Positions 9,058 through 20,005 of a stretch of 64,000 nt of DNA are shown here, in pieces (the stretch's first letter is position 1; each line of letters opens with the position of its first letter). Made by a program: the position numbers and the translations under genes. The notes beneath the pieces are model-generated. The model was given only the letters and a program-made list of their open reading frames with translations. It ran no database searches and was not told the origin of the DNA. This DNA comes from Aureliella sp. GTDB lineage: Bacteria; Planctomycetota; Planctomycetia; Pirellulales; Pirellulaceae. The stretch covers positions 737,465-801,464 of the forward strand of contig OY829846.1 in the NCBI GenBank assembly GCA_963691875.1, given 5' to 3'.

Positions 9058-9383
9058 GCTGAATCGATGTAAGTGAGTAGTTTACTTGGCAAGAATATAA
9101 AGAAAATCCCCAAAGTGCTTCGGAGAGTGAGGGCGCAGCGCTCCCGCGTGCATTTCATAACCATGCGAAGCTCAGACGGGATTTGTCTCAGAGAAATCTG
9201 AAACCTGCATCGAATCGTTGTGCTTGTTGCGTGAACATGCGTTCTCCAAGAGAAGCAGTACGTTCGCACAGCTGGAACCAAGTAACAATCAAAAAGTGTT
9301 CACGAGAACACTTTGGGCACCATTAGCCGAACTCGCAGAGGTTTTTCGAAGTCAAGAACACGCCTCTTCTTTTAAGAACGCCT

Positions 9384-12300
9384 CTAAGGCATCTCCGGTC
9401 GCTGCTCGGCGGACGATCTCTCCGTGTCTCCGCCCACTATCTCCGCTCCACCCTCCTGCTCCGCAGACCTGGAAACTTCAGACGGACTCAGGGCCAGCCG
9501 GAAACCGCCGTTGATCGTTCGGTACGTAGGGTCGTCCGTGCAGCGGTACGCCGACCGGCAATTCGCCGAGACGTTGCCCCCGGTGCCGCCACGGTACACC
9601 CGGTACGAGCCTCTCGCGGAGCCAATCGGATCGGTCGTTGACGCTGAGTCGAGGCCGGTGTACCAATCATGCGTCCATTCGTACAAATTGCCATGAATGT
9701 CAAAAAGCCCGCGACCCGTTGGCCGGAGATCCTTCGGAGGATGCACCCGCTTACCGCTGTTTTCCATGAACCAACCAAAACGTGTCAGCAAACCGATGTC
9801 ACTGCCATACCCGTAGGCCGTCCGAGCCCCGGCCCGCGCTGCTACCTCCCATTCCGTTTCCGTCGGCAAGCGAAAACCACGACTTTCCAAGTTGATCGGC
9901 CAATCCCTTGGGGCCCAGTCCGCTAACGGATTAGGCTCGCGTGGATACTTAACCTCGTCCAAGGAATCAGGAGATGCATAAGCCTGCTGGTCTTCTGGTA
10001 ATCCCATCTGCTGACCTAGCCAGCGAGAGAAGGCTACCGCGTCGTACCAATCCACTCCAAATCCAGCGTCTTCGGGACTGGCGTCGTATTGCGACATGAA
10101 CTCGGAATACGAGGGTTGGAACGCAATCAGTTCCTCGAACTTCACCTCCCGATCCAAGATCGCGAAGGGACGCGTCAGCTCGACCTGATGGCGTTCCTCG
10201 TCCTTCACGCGATCAGGTTCGTCTCCCACGGAGCCTATTTTGTATTCGCCCTCCCGAAGCACGATGAATGTGTAATAAAAAGTGTTGTTTGATACTGGTT
10301 CGGCAACCGATTCATCCGCTCGCTGGTCTGCCAATGCGTCAGAATTTTCGTCCTTGGTGTTCGTCTCCCCTTTACTTTCAAACGCATTACGTCTTTCCGC
10401 GCCAGCGGGATCGCGTTCGTCAGCTTCTTCTGTCGTGTTATCGTTCGGTTGAGGAGGCTCTGTCGGAGTCACGGTAATCGCCAGCGTGAACCACTCACGA
10501 TCAGGCGAATACGGCACCGGAGTCTGATCGATACGGTTGGTGACATCGGTTTGCTCCCAATGCCGCAGGAGCCAGCCCGCCGCACCATGGACGCCCGAAC
10601 TAGGGTCGTTTGCGTACCAGTCCGCCAATTGTTCGTGCAGCGACTTGCGACGCGTTTCCGGGATCTCCTCGATCTGGAACTCACCAAGGGCCAGCAAGAG
10701 CGCGTACCGAGATCGTGCGCTTCGCCGAAACGCTTCGCTTGTGATATCGAGTGATGGTCCCTCTCGTACACGTCGCGTTTCAATATCTAGCAGTTCCAGC
10801 AGCGGCTCGGCACCCACACCTCGCTCGCGGCAGCGAAAAATGAACTGCGTCAGCGCTTCCGGGTCATCGGTGTAATCAAAGACAGGCAGGACTTTTTCTC
10901 GCTCTCCAAGTCTCAGCAACAACACAGCGGCATTGGCTCGCTGCTGGCCGAAAGCGATCCGCTCGACCGATCCCATGTCGTCCGGCGGAAGCGTGGCCGC
11001 CGTGATCGCAAGTGCCTCGACGATGGAGCCCGACGGACTAGCAGAAACCAGCGGATAGAGCACGGCGAACTGCTCTGGCGTGGCGACGGTCAGCAGCTGC
11101 GATAGTGTATCGACGTCCCTGGCGGCGTAGTCGGCAAACGCATTAGCGGCACTGAGTCGCTGTGCATCGGTCACTTCGTTGGCGGCGAAGATTTGTTCGA
11201 GATCCGGTAACAGCTTGTTTTGTAGCGGTCGCAATGCCTCGCGCAGCAGCGGCTGGTACTCGGCGTTGGAAGATACGAGCTGTTCGACCACAAATTTCAG
11301 ATCCTCATCAGTCCAGCCTTCGGTCGCTGATGGCGGACCATAGTCAGCCAGGGCCAATGCCGCTCGGAAACGCCGCCGTGGATCGGCTTCGTTTCTCAGC
11401 ACCTCGCGGAATTCGTCGGTCAGCGTCGCCGCCGAAAAACGCAACAATTTCCGTATCGGGAGTACGTAGGTTACCTTGCCGGTGAGCAATTCTTCGACGA
11501 GCGAATCGACATGCGAAGGATCACTGCTAACCGCCGCCAGGCGAGCGTGCAATTGGCTTCGCTGTTCGTCGAGTGTTTTGGCTGCACGCGATAGCAGGGG
11601 CTTGAGATAGTTGGCGGCGACTTCTGGATTCCCATCCAGTTCCGCAACGATGTCAGGAATCTGATTCGGTTCGGCACTGATTAATTTACCGACCAGCCCC
11701 TCGATGCGGGTTTCTTCTTGCTCCTGCTTTTTCTGCGCAATCAGTTCTTGTCGGTTTTTTTCGATCTGGCTACGGATGCCGAGGCCGCTAACCACGATCG
11801 CGGCCAGAGCTGTAACCGCGAGTGCTGAGCGAATGCCATGCAAGCGTCCAGCTCGGCTCATCATCTTCTTTTGCGACTCAGTCCACTTCCTCTTGTCCGT
11901 CAGCATTCGGATAGTGAGATGCTCCCACCACGACGGCAGCAACCGGTTTCCGGGCTTGGCATTCCAGTTTGCGGAACTGTCGGCCAACTTCAATTCCGCG
12001 CGTCCGCGACGGGTTTCTTTCTGCTTGCGAGTCAACCAGTCTCGCAGTGAAGGAACCAGATAGTCGTGCGTCAGTTGAAAGTACTTTTCCCCCGCCTGAA
12101 GCCGTGCTGTAGAGTCATTAGCATCATCGACACCAGCAGGGTCGGTCGGCGTGATCAAACGGAGTTGGCTGTCCAAGATCCGGATTAGTTCCGCGAAGTC
12201 CCGGGGACGACTGACATAGCCGCTAGTATCCAACAGCTCGGCATGAGAGAGCATGTGTCCTTTGATGTCGGTTCCCCTGTCGGGTAGCAAAGCTCTCAAG

Positions 12301-14294
12301 ACTGCGCGAGCCGCTTTCTGGTGATAGCGGTGTTCCGGAGGAGCGGTGGACGCGTTGAAGGTTGCCTCCAGAAACGTCACGCCCACGCCCTGGGTCCCAC
12401 CGACTTCTTCCAGCACGGCAGGGGTCCACGTCTTGCTCTTCATCATTTCGGCAAACAGCGACAGCCGAGCACAGATCACCTTGCCTTCTTCAGCCAGACT
12501 AGCAATCGCTTCCGAAAGGAATTTTCGTTGCTCTTGATTTGTGTCAGCGATAGCCTCAGGTAGCTTTCCAAACGCCCGCCCAAAGGCGCTTAGAACCTTG
12601 CGAGCGTGGTCGATATCAAACAAATCGGCCAACGCACTGTTCTCACCTTCGACCAGTGGAACCTCTAACTCACGGAGAAAGCGACTGACAGCAAGCCAGA
12701 AATCGTCACGCACCATGGCAATGCATTGCACACGACTTCCATCACACTGCCTTAATGCTTGCACCAGATCAGTATTTGACTCTTCCTTGTGGGCGTACAG
12801 CCATTGCTCGAACTGGTCGAGCACCATTAGCACTTTCTTGCCAACCGGGATACCTTGGCCCTGCCGGAGTGCCGTAAGAGTCTCCTTGAGACTCAAGTTC
12901 TTTCCGAGGGTCGGAAAGAACTTTCGCAGACCATTCAATAAACGTGTTTCGGTCTCCTCTGGTGTGGCTTCGACGTGTACGGGAATGATGTCAGCGGACA
13001 AACGAGGCAAGAGCCCGGCTTTGACTAGAGACGACTTTCCACACCCCGAAGGGCCATAGATCAGCCCGACGGAAAACGTGTTGTCCGCTTCGGTTTCTTC
13101 GATGCGGGTCTTCCAGAATCGCAGGCTGTCGGGCAGTCCCTCGCGGTCACGCGGGCCGGGCAATAGTTCCAGGAAGAAGTCAGCGTCGTGGGCGTCGAAG
13201 GATCTTAAGCCCTTGGGCACTATCCTGATCGGCTGGCTATCTGAATTCTCCTGGGTCGAATCGCCCTTGGCCGTTGCGGAGTCACCAGTCGCAAGGATGG
13301 TGTCTTCCCGAACCGTCTGCTCCGGCGATGTTGTCGAACCGCTGATGGTTGTCTCCCACACTGAGGCCAGGCACAGCCTCAGATCTTCCGACATGTCGAG
13401 CGCGGTCGTGTATCGATCGGCGGCCCGCTTGGCCAGGGCCTTCAAGCAGATCCGCTCCAGCTCTTTGGGAATGCGATCGTCGATCTGACGTGGCGGTTTG
13501 ACTTCCTGGCTGGTGATTTGTGCGAGTAGTTCATGTTGGGTGTCAGCCGAAACGGTTCTGCGTCCGGTCAACAGTTCGTAGAGCACCGCGCCCAGGCTGT
13601 AAATATCGCTGCGACCGTCGACGCGATGTCCCTCTCCCCGAGCCTGCTCAGGACTCATGTAGGCCGGCGTACCCGCGTAGCGAGGTCCTTTGCCGAGGTC
13701 TGCTTCACGGAGCGCGAGCCCAAAGTCAACCACGTAGGGCTCATCGTTCTCGTCCAGCAAGATGTTGCCCGGCTTCACGTCACGATCGACCAAGCCTTGC
13801 TTGTGCGCGTAGTGCAGGGCCTCAGCCACAGTAGCCACTAATTCCACAGCAGATGTGAAGTCCAACCGCGACTTTCTGAGTCGCGCGGCGAGATCGGTCC
13901 CTTCGATGTACTTAGAAACGATGTAGCAAGGGAATTCGTCGGAGCTGCCCACATCGTAGACCGGCACAATGTAGGGATGATCGAGCCCGGCGACGGTCCG
14001 CGCTTCAGTCAAATACGGTTCCGCATCCTCTGGTCGGTTGATCAGCCGGGCGTGTGGTACTTTGACGGCCACGCGCCGATCGAGCTGCTCGTCGTGGGCC
14101 AGATAGACGAGTCCATATCCACCCTTTCCCAACACCTTTTCGATTCGGTAGCGACCAATGCATTCCGGATGCTCTATTGCATTTGTCAGATCGGATGCAG
14201 CTAGCGCTCTCTCTTGATCATTTGTGTCTTGATCCTGTGTGATCGACAAATCCTGGCTGATATCGTCGGGCTCGTCCATTTCAATCTGGGCCAT
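9384..14294 (-). CDS. Ser/Thr protein kinase - STAND-type NTPase - TM - helical repeats - FGE domain protein, 1636 aa
   Basis: GKGGYG, AVK, (D)RDVKPGN, DFG and YMSPE; Walker A GPSGCGKSS; Walker B VLDQFEQ; TM ALAVTALAAIVVSGLGI; FRLPTETEWE, HGNLYEW and GFRLA. Confidence 0.95.
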   Translation of the reverse strand: MAQIEMDEPDDISQDLSITQDQDTNDQERALAASDLTNAIEHPECIGRYRIEKVLGKGGYGLVYLAHDEQLDRRVAVKVPHARLINRPEDAEPYLTEARTVAGLDHPYIVPVYDVGSSDEFPCYIVSKYIEGTDLAARLRKSRLDFTSAVELVATVAEALHYAHKQGLVDRDVKPGNILLDENDEPYVVDFGLALREADLGKGPRYAGTPAYMSPEQARGEGHRVDGRSDIYSLGAVLYELLTGRRTVSADTQHELLAQITSQEVKPPRQIDDRIPKELERICLKALAKRAADRYTTALDMSEDLRLCLASVWETTISGSTTSPEQTVREDTILATGDSATAKGDSTQENSDSQPIRIVPKGLRSFDAHDADFFLELLPGPRDREGLPDSLRFWKTRIEETEADNTFSVGLIYGPSGCGKSSLVKAGLLPRLSADIIPVHVEATPEETETRLLNGLRKFFPTLGKNLSLKETLTALRQGQGIPVGKKVLMVLDQFEQWLYAHKEESNTDLVQALRQCDGSRVQCIAMVRDDFWLAVSRFLRELEVPLVEGENSALADLFDIDHARKVLSAFGRAFGKLPEAIADTNQEQRKFLSEAIASLAEEGKVICARLSLFAEMMKSKTWTPAVLEEVGGTQGVGVTFLEATFNASTAPPEHRYHQKAARAVLRALLPDRGTDIKGHMLSHAELLDTSGYVSRPRDFAELIRILDSQLRLITPTDPAGVDDANDSTARLQAGEKYFQLTHDYLVPSLRDWLTRKQKETRRGRAELKLADSSANWNAKPGNRLLPSWWEHLTIRMLTDKRKWTESQKKMMSRAGRLHGIRSALAVTALAAIVVSGLGIRSQIEKNRQELIAQKKQEQEETRIEGLVGKLISAEPNQIPDIVAELDGNPEVAANYLKPLLSRAAKTLDEQRSQLHARLAAVSSDPSHVDSLVEELLTGKVTYVLPIRKLLRFSAATLTDEFREVLRNEADPRRRFRAALALADYGPPSATEGWTDEDLKFVVEQLVSSNAEYQPLLREALRPLQNKLLPDLEQIFAANEVTDAQRLSAANAFADYAARDVDTLSQLLTVATPEQFAVLYPLVSASPSGSIVEALAITAATLPPDDMGSVERIAFGQQRANAAVLLLRLGEREKVLPVFDYTDDPEALTQFIFRCRERGVGAEPLLELLDIETRRVREGPSLDITSEAFRRSARSRYALLLALGEFQIEEIPETRRKSLHEQLADWYANDPSSGVHGAAGWLLRHWEQTDVTNRIDQTPVPYSPDREWFTLAITVTPTEPPQPNDNTTEEADERDPAGAERRNAFESKGETNTKDENSDALADQRADESVAEPVSNNTFYYTFIVLREGEYKIGSVGDEPDRVKDEERHQVELTRPFAILDREVKFEELIAFQPSYSEFMSQYDASPEDAGFGVDWYDAVAFSRWLGQQMGLPEDQQAYASPDSLDEVKYPREPNPLADWAPRDWPINLESRGFRLPTETEWEVAARAGARTAYGYGSDIGLLTRFGWFMENSGKRVHPPKDLRPTGRGLFDIHGNLYEWTHDWYTGLDSASTTDPIGSARGSYRVYRGGTGGNVSANCRSAYRCTDDPTYRTINGGFRLALSPSEVSRSAEQEGGAEIVGGDTERSSAEQRPEMP

Positions 14295-14973
14295 CCATCG
14301 GAAGCAACACCAGCCTTGATGTTCGTTGACTTGTCACTGGGCTCCGTCGCGTAGAGCAACTTGCGCTTGCGTAGAAAAGCCCGCATCGATCGTTGAACGC
14401 GGTAGCGATAAAAGGAGAATCGCTCAGGAAAGTGCAATTGTCGCATACAGCCGACCGGGGTTCAAGAACTATGCACCGGTCGCGATTGCAACTCACCGTA
14501 CAGCTGAACACCAAGTCGCTGCCCCCAGGAACCAGGCCAGGTAGACCCCGCTGAGCAATCCTGCCCCCTCCGTTCTAAACCGAGTACCGTGGCAGGAGAC
14601 ATTTTGAAATATTAAGATCGAAAAACCGGTTCAAGGCTTGAGATGAGGACAACCTTCGGTGGTTGGACCAGCCAACAGCTTGCAGTATTGAGGCCCGGCT
14701 CCCTCAATCTTAATCATCTTGAAGGCAATGATCTCAAATCGCTCAACGACTATCCTGAGCGGCGAAGTCAGCGCTGGCCGATCTCCATTTTGAATATGGA
14801 AGAACAGCTATCGGACATAACGCAATAGGTCTTTTGTCCGCACCTGCTAAATCCTAATCCGCTTTCGGTGGAGGCCCTTCTTTACAATCCCGACCACCGG
14901 ACTAAGCCTAGGCTGACATGGTTCGGAATGAGGTGCGCAAATAGATCAAGCTTATTTACTCGGGGCCACAGGT

Positions 14974-15657
14974 TCACCCATTCAATTTCTGTTGCCTTTC
15001 CCGCTCTTCTCTCTCCTTTTGATAGACGGCGAAACTTTCCTTCTTCGCTTTCTCCTCCCGGATTGCGTAAGGAATAAAGAAAAAGGAACCTATACCAATA
15101 GTGGTCAAAAACAGCCCAAAGAGTGTCGGTCCTATAATATTCGAAATATGAATCCCCGGTTGTAAGACAGAATCTTCAGGATTCGCTGGATTGAAATACA
15201 CTTCACATGGTTTTGTTACTGAAAGATCAGCAAGCGTTTTTTGGGCCTTATCGTATCTGTTGTAAGAAGGGATTGGAATTCTCAGCCTCGTGCCGTTATG
15301 AGTCTTTCCATCGACCAGATATGTAAAATGAACTGTCGGACGGAAACTCTGGGTACTCCGTCCATCCTTGTCTCGCATCGAAGAAGACTCTACTTTCTTG
15401 GACAGGAGTTGGCCTTGGACAGAAGGCCAGGACGCGGACTCAAGGGCTTCTTGCACATTCACGAAAGTCCAAACTAAGAACGCCACCCCCCTACAAAGAA
15501 AGGGAGTGGGAAAAACCATTTGAAAATAAAATCTATCATCTTGGATTGCCCTGCTTTCTGATACATGCTCATGAAGAAAGGATGGGGTAGTTGTCTCTAT
15601 TTCGCTCTTCGGTTTTAAGGTAGTTAGCGAATCGACTGGAGTCGAAGCGGCACACAC
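14974..15657 (-). CDS. DUF3592-family membrane protein (start uncertain)
   Basis: SWPSVQG...P.V.FTYLVDG...V.FNPANPEDSVL between two hydrophobic segments. Confidence 0.7.
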   Translation of the reverse strand: MCAASTPVDSLTTLKPKSEIETTTPSFLHEHVSESRAIQDDRFYFQMVFPTPFLCRGVAFLVWTFVNVQEALESASWPSVQGQLLSKKVESSSMRDKDGRSTQSFRPTVHFTYLVDGKTHNGTRLRIPIPSYNRYDKAQKTLADLSVTKPCEVYFNPANPEDSVLQPGIHISNIIGPTLFGLFLTTIGIGSFFFIPYAIREEKAKKESFAVYQKEREERERQQKLNG

Positions 15658-15722
15658 TGAGACGCGAATTCGGCCAGCGAAAGTCTGTTGGCCGAAATGT
15701 GAGGAAGTCGATGTTTGTAAGT

Positions 15723-15908
15723 CTACCTCCGATGCTCAATCCGTACGCGTGCTTCCTGCACGGTTGTACACTTTACCGAGCCCAGGCTCTCGTTGCGGAG
15801 CTTGCCACTGTAGCTCTCCACGCCGCCATTTTGCCCGGCGCTAGCTGGTTCAGTTGAAGACATTGGCACATGTGCACCTCGATCACATTGCGGAGCCTGC
15901 GAACTCAA
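15723..15908 (-). mobile_element. IS3-family transposase remnant (integrase core C-terminal part)
   Basis: QNGGVESYSGKLRNESL...TVQEARVRIEHRR resembles QNG..ESFNG.LRDECL...L.EAR..IE.WR; the rest of the element is missing. Confidence 0.75.
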
Positions 15909-16652
15909 CGTGCGATGAAGCCCGATCCGTTATCACTCCGCATAAATGCTCATACGCCACGGAGGGTAAATAGGTCGACCAACACCGCGATAAAGTCTTA
16001 ACTGCTCAGTTTATGACATATCCAATGCATTGCATTTACGAGTGAATTCATCGATGCACGCACGAATCTTTAATATCCCCCAATCGTTTTCGGTCGAAGG
16101 TAAAATTCACTGACCAAAGATGATCATTGAACTCCGATTTGTGGCCAGTGATTCTTCCTTCGCTGGTACCAATCAGATTTCGTTTTTTCGTCTTTTTCGG
16201 GGCCTTCAGGTCTTCCTAGCATAAAAGACGGTAAGTGAGATCTGCTTGGCCTTGCAGCCGTCACTTATGAGCAGATTCACAATCTTCTTGGTGTGAGACC
16301 CTCGCCGAAGCCTAGTCATGAAGAATCTCCATCTGAGAAATACTCACAACACGCCAATCAGTTGTTGAGGAGCACTTAAAGTCGTTGTAAAGCTTGACGT
16401 CCGCGCGGTATTTTGCGAGACGGAACGAGGCAGAAGCAGCATCTTGCTAAGCGAATCGCCTGCACACACAACTATTTACATCTGATGCAACGCTACATCA
16501 AACTAGGCAAGCACTCTGCCCCCCTCAAGAGCAACATCCAATTTTAATGGGCGAACGGGCACATTTATGATAGGAAGCCTTTCCTTCCGAGAAGAATCAT
16601 CGAAAATACAAAGTGTTTTTATATTAGCCTCTAACCGAACGGAAACACGTAA

Positions 16653-19457
16653 ATGGCTAAAAAGCAGGCTGATACCGCAGAGCCAATCTTGAAGAAGCTC
16701 ATTCTCCTCGATGGAATGGCCCTGACCTACCGAGCCCACTTTGCGTTGATTCGCTCGCCCCGATTTACATCTGCCGGCCAATGCACTTCCGCAGTATTTG
16801 GTGTTCTGAATACGCTCCAAGATGTGATCAAACGAGAGAATCCGACTCACATCGCAGTTGCATTTGACACCTCAGAGCCAACGGAACGCCACAAAGTCTT
16901 TCCGGAATACAAGGCGCAGCGGGACGCGATGCCAGAAGACATCGCGGTCCAGTTGCCCTTGATCGACCGACTGTTTGAAGCTTTCAACATCACCACGATT
17001 CGTTTGCCTGGTTACGAGGCGGACGACATCATTGGCACCATTGCGCACCAAGCGTCGCCACTCGGATACCAGACTTTGATGGTCACCCCGGACAAGGATT
17101 ATGACCAACTTGTAACCGAAGACATCTACATAATGAAGCCTGGCCGCAAGGGCGGAGAAGTTGAGATTTTTGGTATTCCTGAGGTATTGGAAAAATGGGG
17201 CATCAAACGCGTTGAACAAGTCATTGATGTGCTCGGCTTGATGGGCGACTCAAGTGACAACATCCCCGGTGTTCCTGGAATTGGCCCCAAAACGGCCATG
17301 AAGCTCATTCAGCAATACGGTTCCGTCGAGGGATTGATTGAGCACTCGGATGAACTGAAAGGCAAGCAGAAAGAGCGTGTGCAAGACAATGTCGAGCAAG
17401 CAATGCTCTCAAAGAAACTCGTGACAATTCAACTCGACGTCCCTCACGAGGTTCACATCCCTTCGCTTCGCTGGGAAAGTTACGACAATAAGAAGCTGAA
17501 AGCGTTGCTTGAGGAACTCGAGTTCGAAACGATTGGCAAGCGTCTATTTGGTAAAACCTTTTCGTCTTCAGCCAGTCGAGCTCAAGTAATCCGCGAGAAG
17601 CGTGAGAAGGAAATCCAAGCAACACTATTTGACATGGACGCCCCACCTGAAGAGCAAACGATTCAAAGCACGAAACACGACTATGTATTGATCGACTCTG
17701 CAGAGCAACGAGCCGAGCTAATCGAAAAGCTCAATAACTCGTCAGAATTTTGCTTTGACACCGAGACGACAGGTAAAGATGCTCGCCACGCACTTCCACT
17801 CGGCTTAGCATTTTCCACTGCGAAAGGGGAAGGTCACTACGTTGTTTGTCCTGAAGACCCATCGAAGGCCCAAGCGGTACTCGAAGAGTTTCGCGAACTA
17901 TTCCAAAACGCGACAATTTCCAAAGTTGGACACAACCTCAAGTATGACCTAACTCTTCTCAAGTGGCACGGCGTTGAAGTGCGGGGCAAACTCTTTGACA
18001 CACTTCTTGGCCACTCGATGAAAGAGCCTGAAATGAATCGAGGGCTCGACTACCTGTCGCAGCTCTACTTGCGTTACAAGCCGGTTTCTTACGAAGAGGT
18101 TACGGGGGGAAAAGACCGAAACCTCAGCGAGGTCGACATCGACAAGGTGGTGCAATACGCCTGCGAAGATGCCGATGTGACGCTACAAGTCGCCAATGTC
18201 ATCCGCCCCAAAATCGAAAAAGAAGGTGTTAGCCCAGTTTGCCATGAGGTTGAATGCCCACTCGTGCCCGTTCTGGTCGACATGGAATACCAAGGAATAA
18301 AGCTCGACACCAACGCTCTGGGCGCCTATGCCAACGTACTTGCTGCCGAGATTGAGGAGCTTCGCGAGAAAATATTCGTTGCCGCCGGTCGAGAGTTCAA
18401 CATCGACTCACCCAAACAACTCGGAGTCATTCTCTACGACGAATTACAACTCGAAAAGAACCCGAAGAAGACCGCCACGGGACAGTACTCAACACGAGAA
18501 TCGGAGTTAGAGCGACTGTCGAATCGCCACGAAATCATTGCCGACATCTTGGATTATCGCAACGCGGTCAAACTAAAGAGCGTTTATGTCGACAAGCTAC
18601 CGGAGGCAGTGAACGAGAAGACAGGGCGACTTCACACTCAGTATGACCAAGCTTGGACCACCACTGGACGAATACAATCCAAGGAACCGAACCTTCAAAC
18701 CATTCCGATTCGCAAACACCGTGGTCGAGAAATCCGCGCAGCGTTCGTCCCACGTGACAAAGACCACTTGATTCTATCGGCCGATTACTCTCAAGTCGAA
18801 CTAAGGGTGATGGCTGACCTCAGTGGCGACCCTGCCTTGATTGAAGCCTTCAAAAATGACGCGGACATCCACTCCTTCACGGCGTCGAAAGTCTACAAGG
18901 TCGACATGAATGATGTGACGCGCGAAATGCGGGACAAGGCAAAGACTGTCAACTTTGGCATAATCTACGGCATCTCTGCTTTTGGTCTTCAGCAGCGACT
19001 GAACATACCGAGGGCCGAGGCGAAAGAGTTGATCGACAATTACTTCGAGAAGTACCCGGGAGTTCAAGCTTACATCGATCGCACCATCGCTTTTGCGAAG
19101 GAGCACGGATTCGTCCAAACTCAGACTGGTCGCAAACGCTTCTTGCGAGACATCAACTCGCGTAACAAGACAGCTGCAAATGCTGCAGAAAGACTCGCCA
19201 TGAATAGTCCCATTCAGGGAACCGCAGCAGACATTCTGAAACTCGCCATGATCCGCGTCCACAAGGCACTGACTGAAGGTGGCTTCAAGACCAAGATGCT
19301 ACTAACTGTTCATGACGAGATCGTATTCGATCTTCACCTCGATGAGCAACAGACGGCGGTTGGGGTCATACGCGAGGCAATGATGGGGGCACTTGAGATG
19401 TCCGTGCCGCTCAAAGTCGAAACTGGAGTCGGAAAGAATTGGCTCGAAGCCCATTAA
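16653..19457 (+). CDS. polA: DNA polymerase I
   Basis: 5'-3' exonuclease (GYEADD, GIGPKTA), 3'-5' exonuclease (FDTETTG), polymerase motifs ADYSQVELR, KTVNFGIIYG and VHDE. Confidence 0.99.
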   Translation: MAKKQADTAEPILKKLILLDGMALTYRAHFALIRSPRFTSAGQCTSAVFGVLNTLQDVIKRENPTHIAVAFDTSEPTERHKVFPEYKAQRDAMPEDIAVQLPLIDRLFEAFNITTIRLPGYEADDIIGTIAHQASPLGYQTLMVTPDKDYDQLVTEDIYIMKPGRKGGEVEIFGIPEVLEKWGIKRVEQVIDVLGLMGDSSDNIPGVPGIGPKTAMKLIQQYGSVEGLIEHSDELKGKQKERVQDNVEQAMLSKKLVTIQLDVPHEVHIPSLRWESYDNKKLKALLEELEFETIGKRLFGKTFSSSASRAQVIREKREKEIQATLFDMDAPPEEQTIQSTKHDYVLIDSAEQRAELIEKLNNSSEFCFDTETTGKDARHALPLGLAFSTAKGEGHYVVCPEDPSKAQAVLEEFRELFQNATISKVGHNLKYDLTLLKWHGVEVRGKLFDTLLGHSMKEPEMNRGLDYLSQLYLRYKPVSYEEVTGGKDRNLSEVDIDKVVQYACEDADVTLQVANVIRPKIEKEGVSPVCHEVECPLVPVLVDMEYQGIKLDTNALGAYANVLAAEIEELREKIFVAAGREFNIDSPKQLGVILYDELQLEKNPKKTATGQYSTRESELERLSNRHEIIADILDYRNAVKLKSVYVDKLPEAVNEKTGRLHTQYDQAWTTTGRIQSKEPNLQTIPIRKHRGREIRAAFVPRDKDHLILSADYSQVELRVMADLSGDPALIEAFKNDADIHSFTASKVYKVDMNDVTREMRDKAKTVNFGIIYGISAFGLQQRLNIPRAEAKELIDNYFEKYPGVQAYIDRTIAFAKEHGFVQTQTGRKRFLRDINSRNKTAANAAERLAMNSPIQGTAADILKLAMIRVHKALTEGGFKTKMLLTVHDEIVFDLHLDEQQTAVGVIREAMMGALEMSVPLKVETGVGKNWLEAH

Positions 19458-19504
19458 ACCGTTTGTAAGATTTGCCACAATACCCTCCGTACCGCACTTT
19501 GGAT

Positions 19505-19912
19505 TCAGGGAAGATATTCTGGCGAATCCCACCACGAAACCTCGAAGTTCTTCTCAGCAACGACACGTCCACCAATCGAAACGGTCATCCGCCAGTCACC
19601 AAGCTTATCTCTGATTGGCTCCCAAATGGTATCGCCAAGATAGAAATCCCAGTCGTTGGTCTTCGCGTAGACCTGCCCATCGAATGGCTCCCGCACCCTG
19701 CCCTGCTCATCTAAGATTCCCGGATGATAGATGCAGTAGTCTATCAACTGATTCTTCGCATGCTGGATATTCACAACAAAACCGAACTCGATGTCTACGA
19801 CCGCCTGAACCTGAGTCGTAAACTCCTGAATTTTCGGCAATACTTTCGATTCGGCGTCCCAGTGATCGTAAATGCCAAAACTACGGATGGTAACAATCGG
19901 CTTTTTGGGCAT
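19505..19912 (-). CDS. DUF3859-like hypothetical protein
   Basis: Clean ORF; IEFG, HP...DE.G...PF.G.VY..NDW.FYLGDTIWEP pattern recalled for this family. Confidence 0.7.
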   Translation of the reverse strand: MPKKPIVTIRSFGIYDHWDAESKVLPKIQEFTTQVQAVVDIEFGFVVNIQHAKNQLIDYCIYHPGILDEQGRVREPFDGQVYAKTNDWDFYLGDTIWEPIRDKLGDWRMTVSIGGRVVAEKNFEVSWWDSPEYLP

Positions 19913-20005
19913 AGTAAGAAAGTTGTGAGTTAGAAAACCGCATAACGCCGAAATGCAAGATCGACGCCGCTCGCAAGATTAGAGCAGAAAAAAAAGCGAA
20001 CCGCC

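Noticed and set aside
9424-14204. Numerous + strand ORFs inside the kinase gene, and similar nested ORFs in polA, Bat, PEPCK and fusA
   Set aside because: Antisense or off-frame shadows of long GC-rich genes with no independent motifs.
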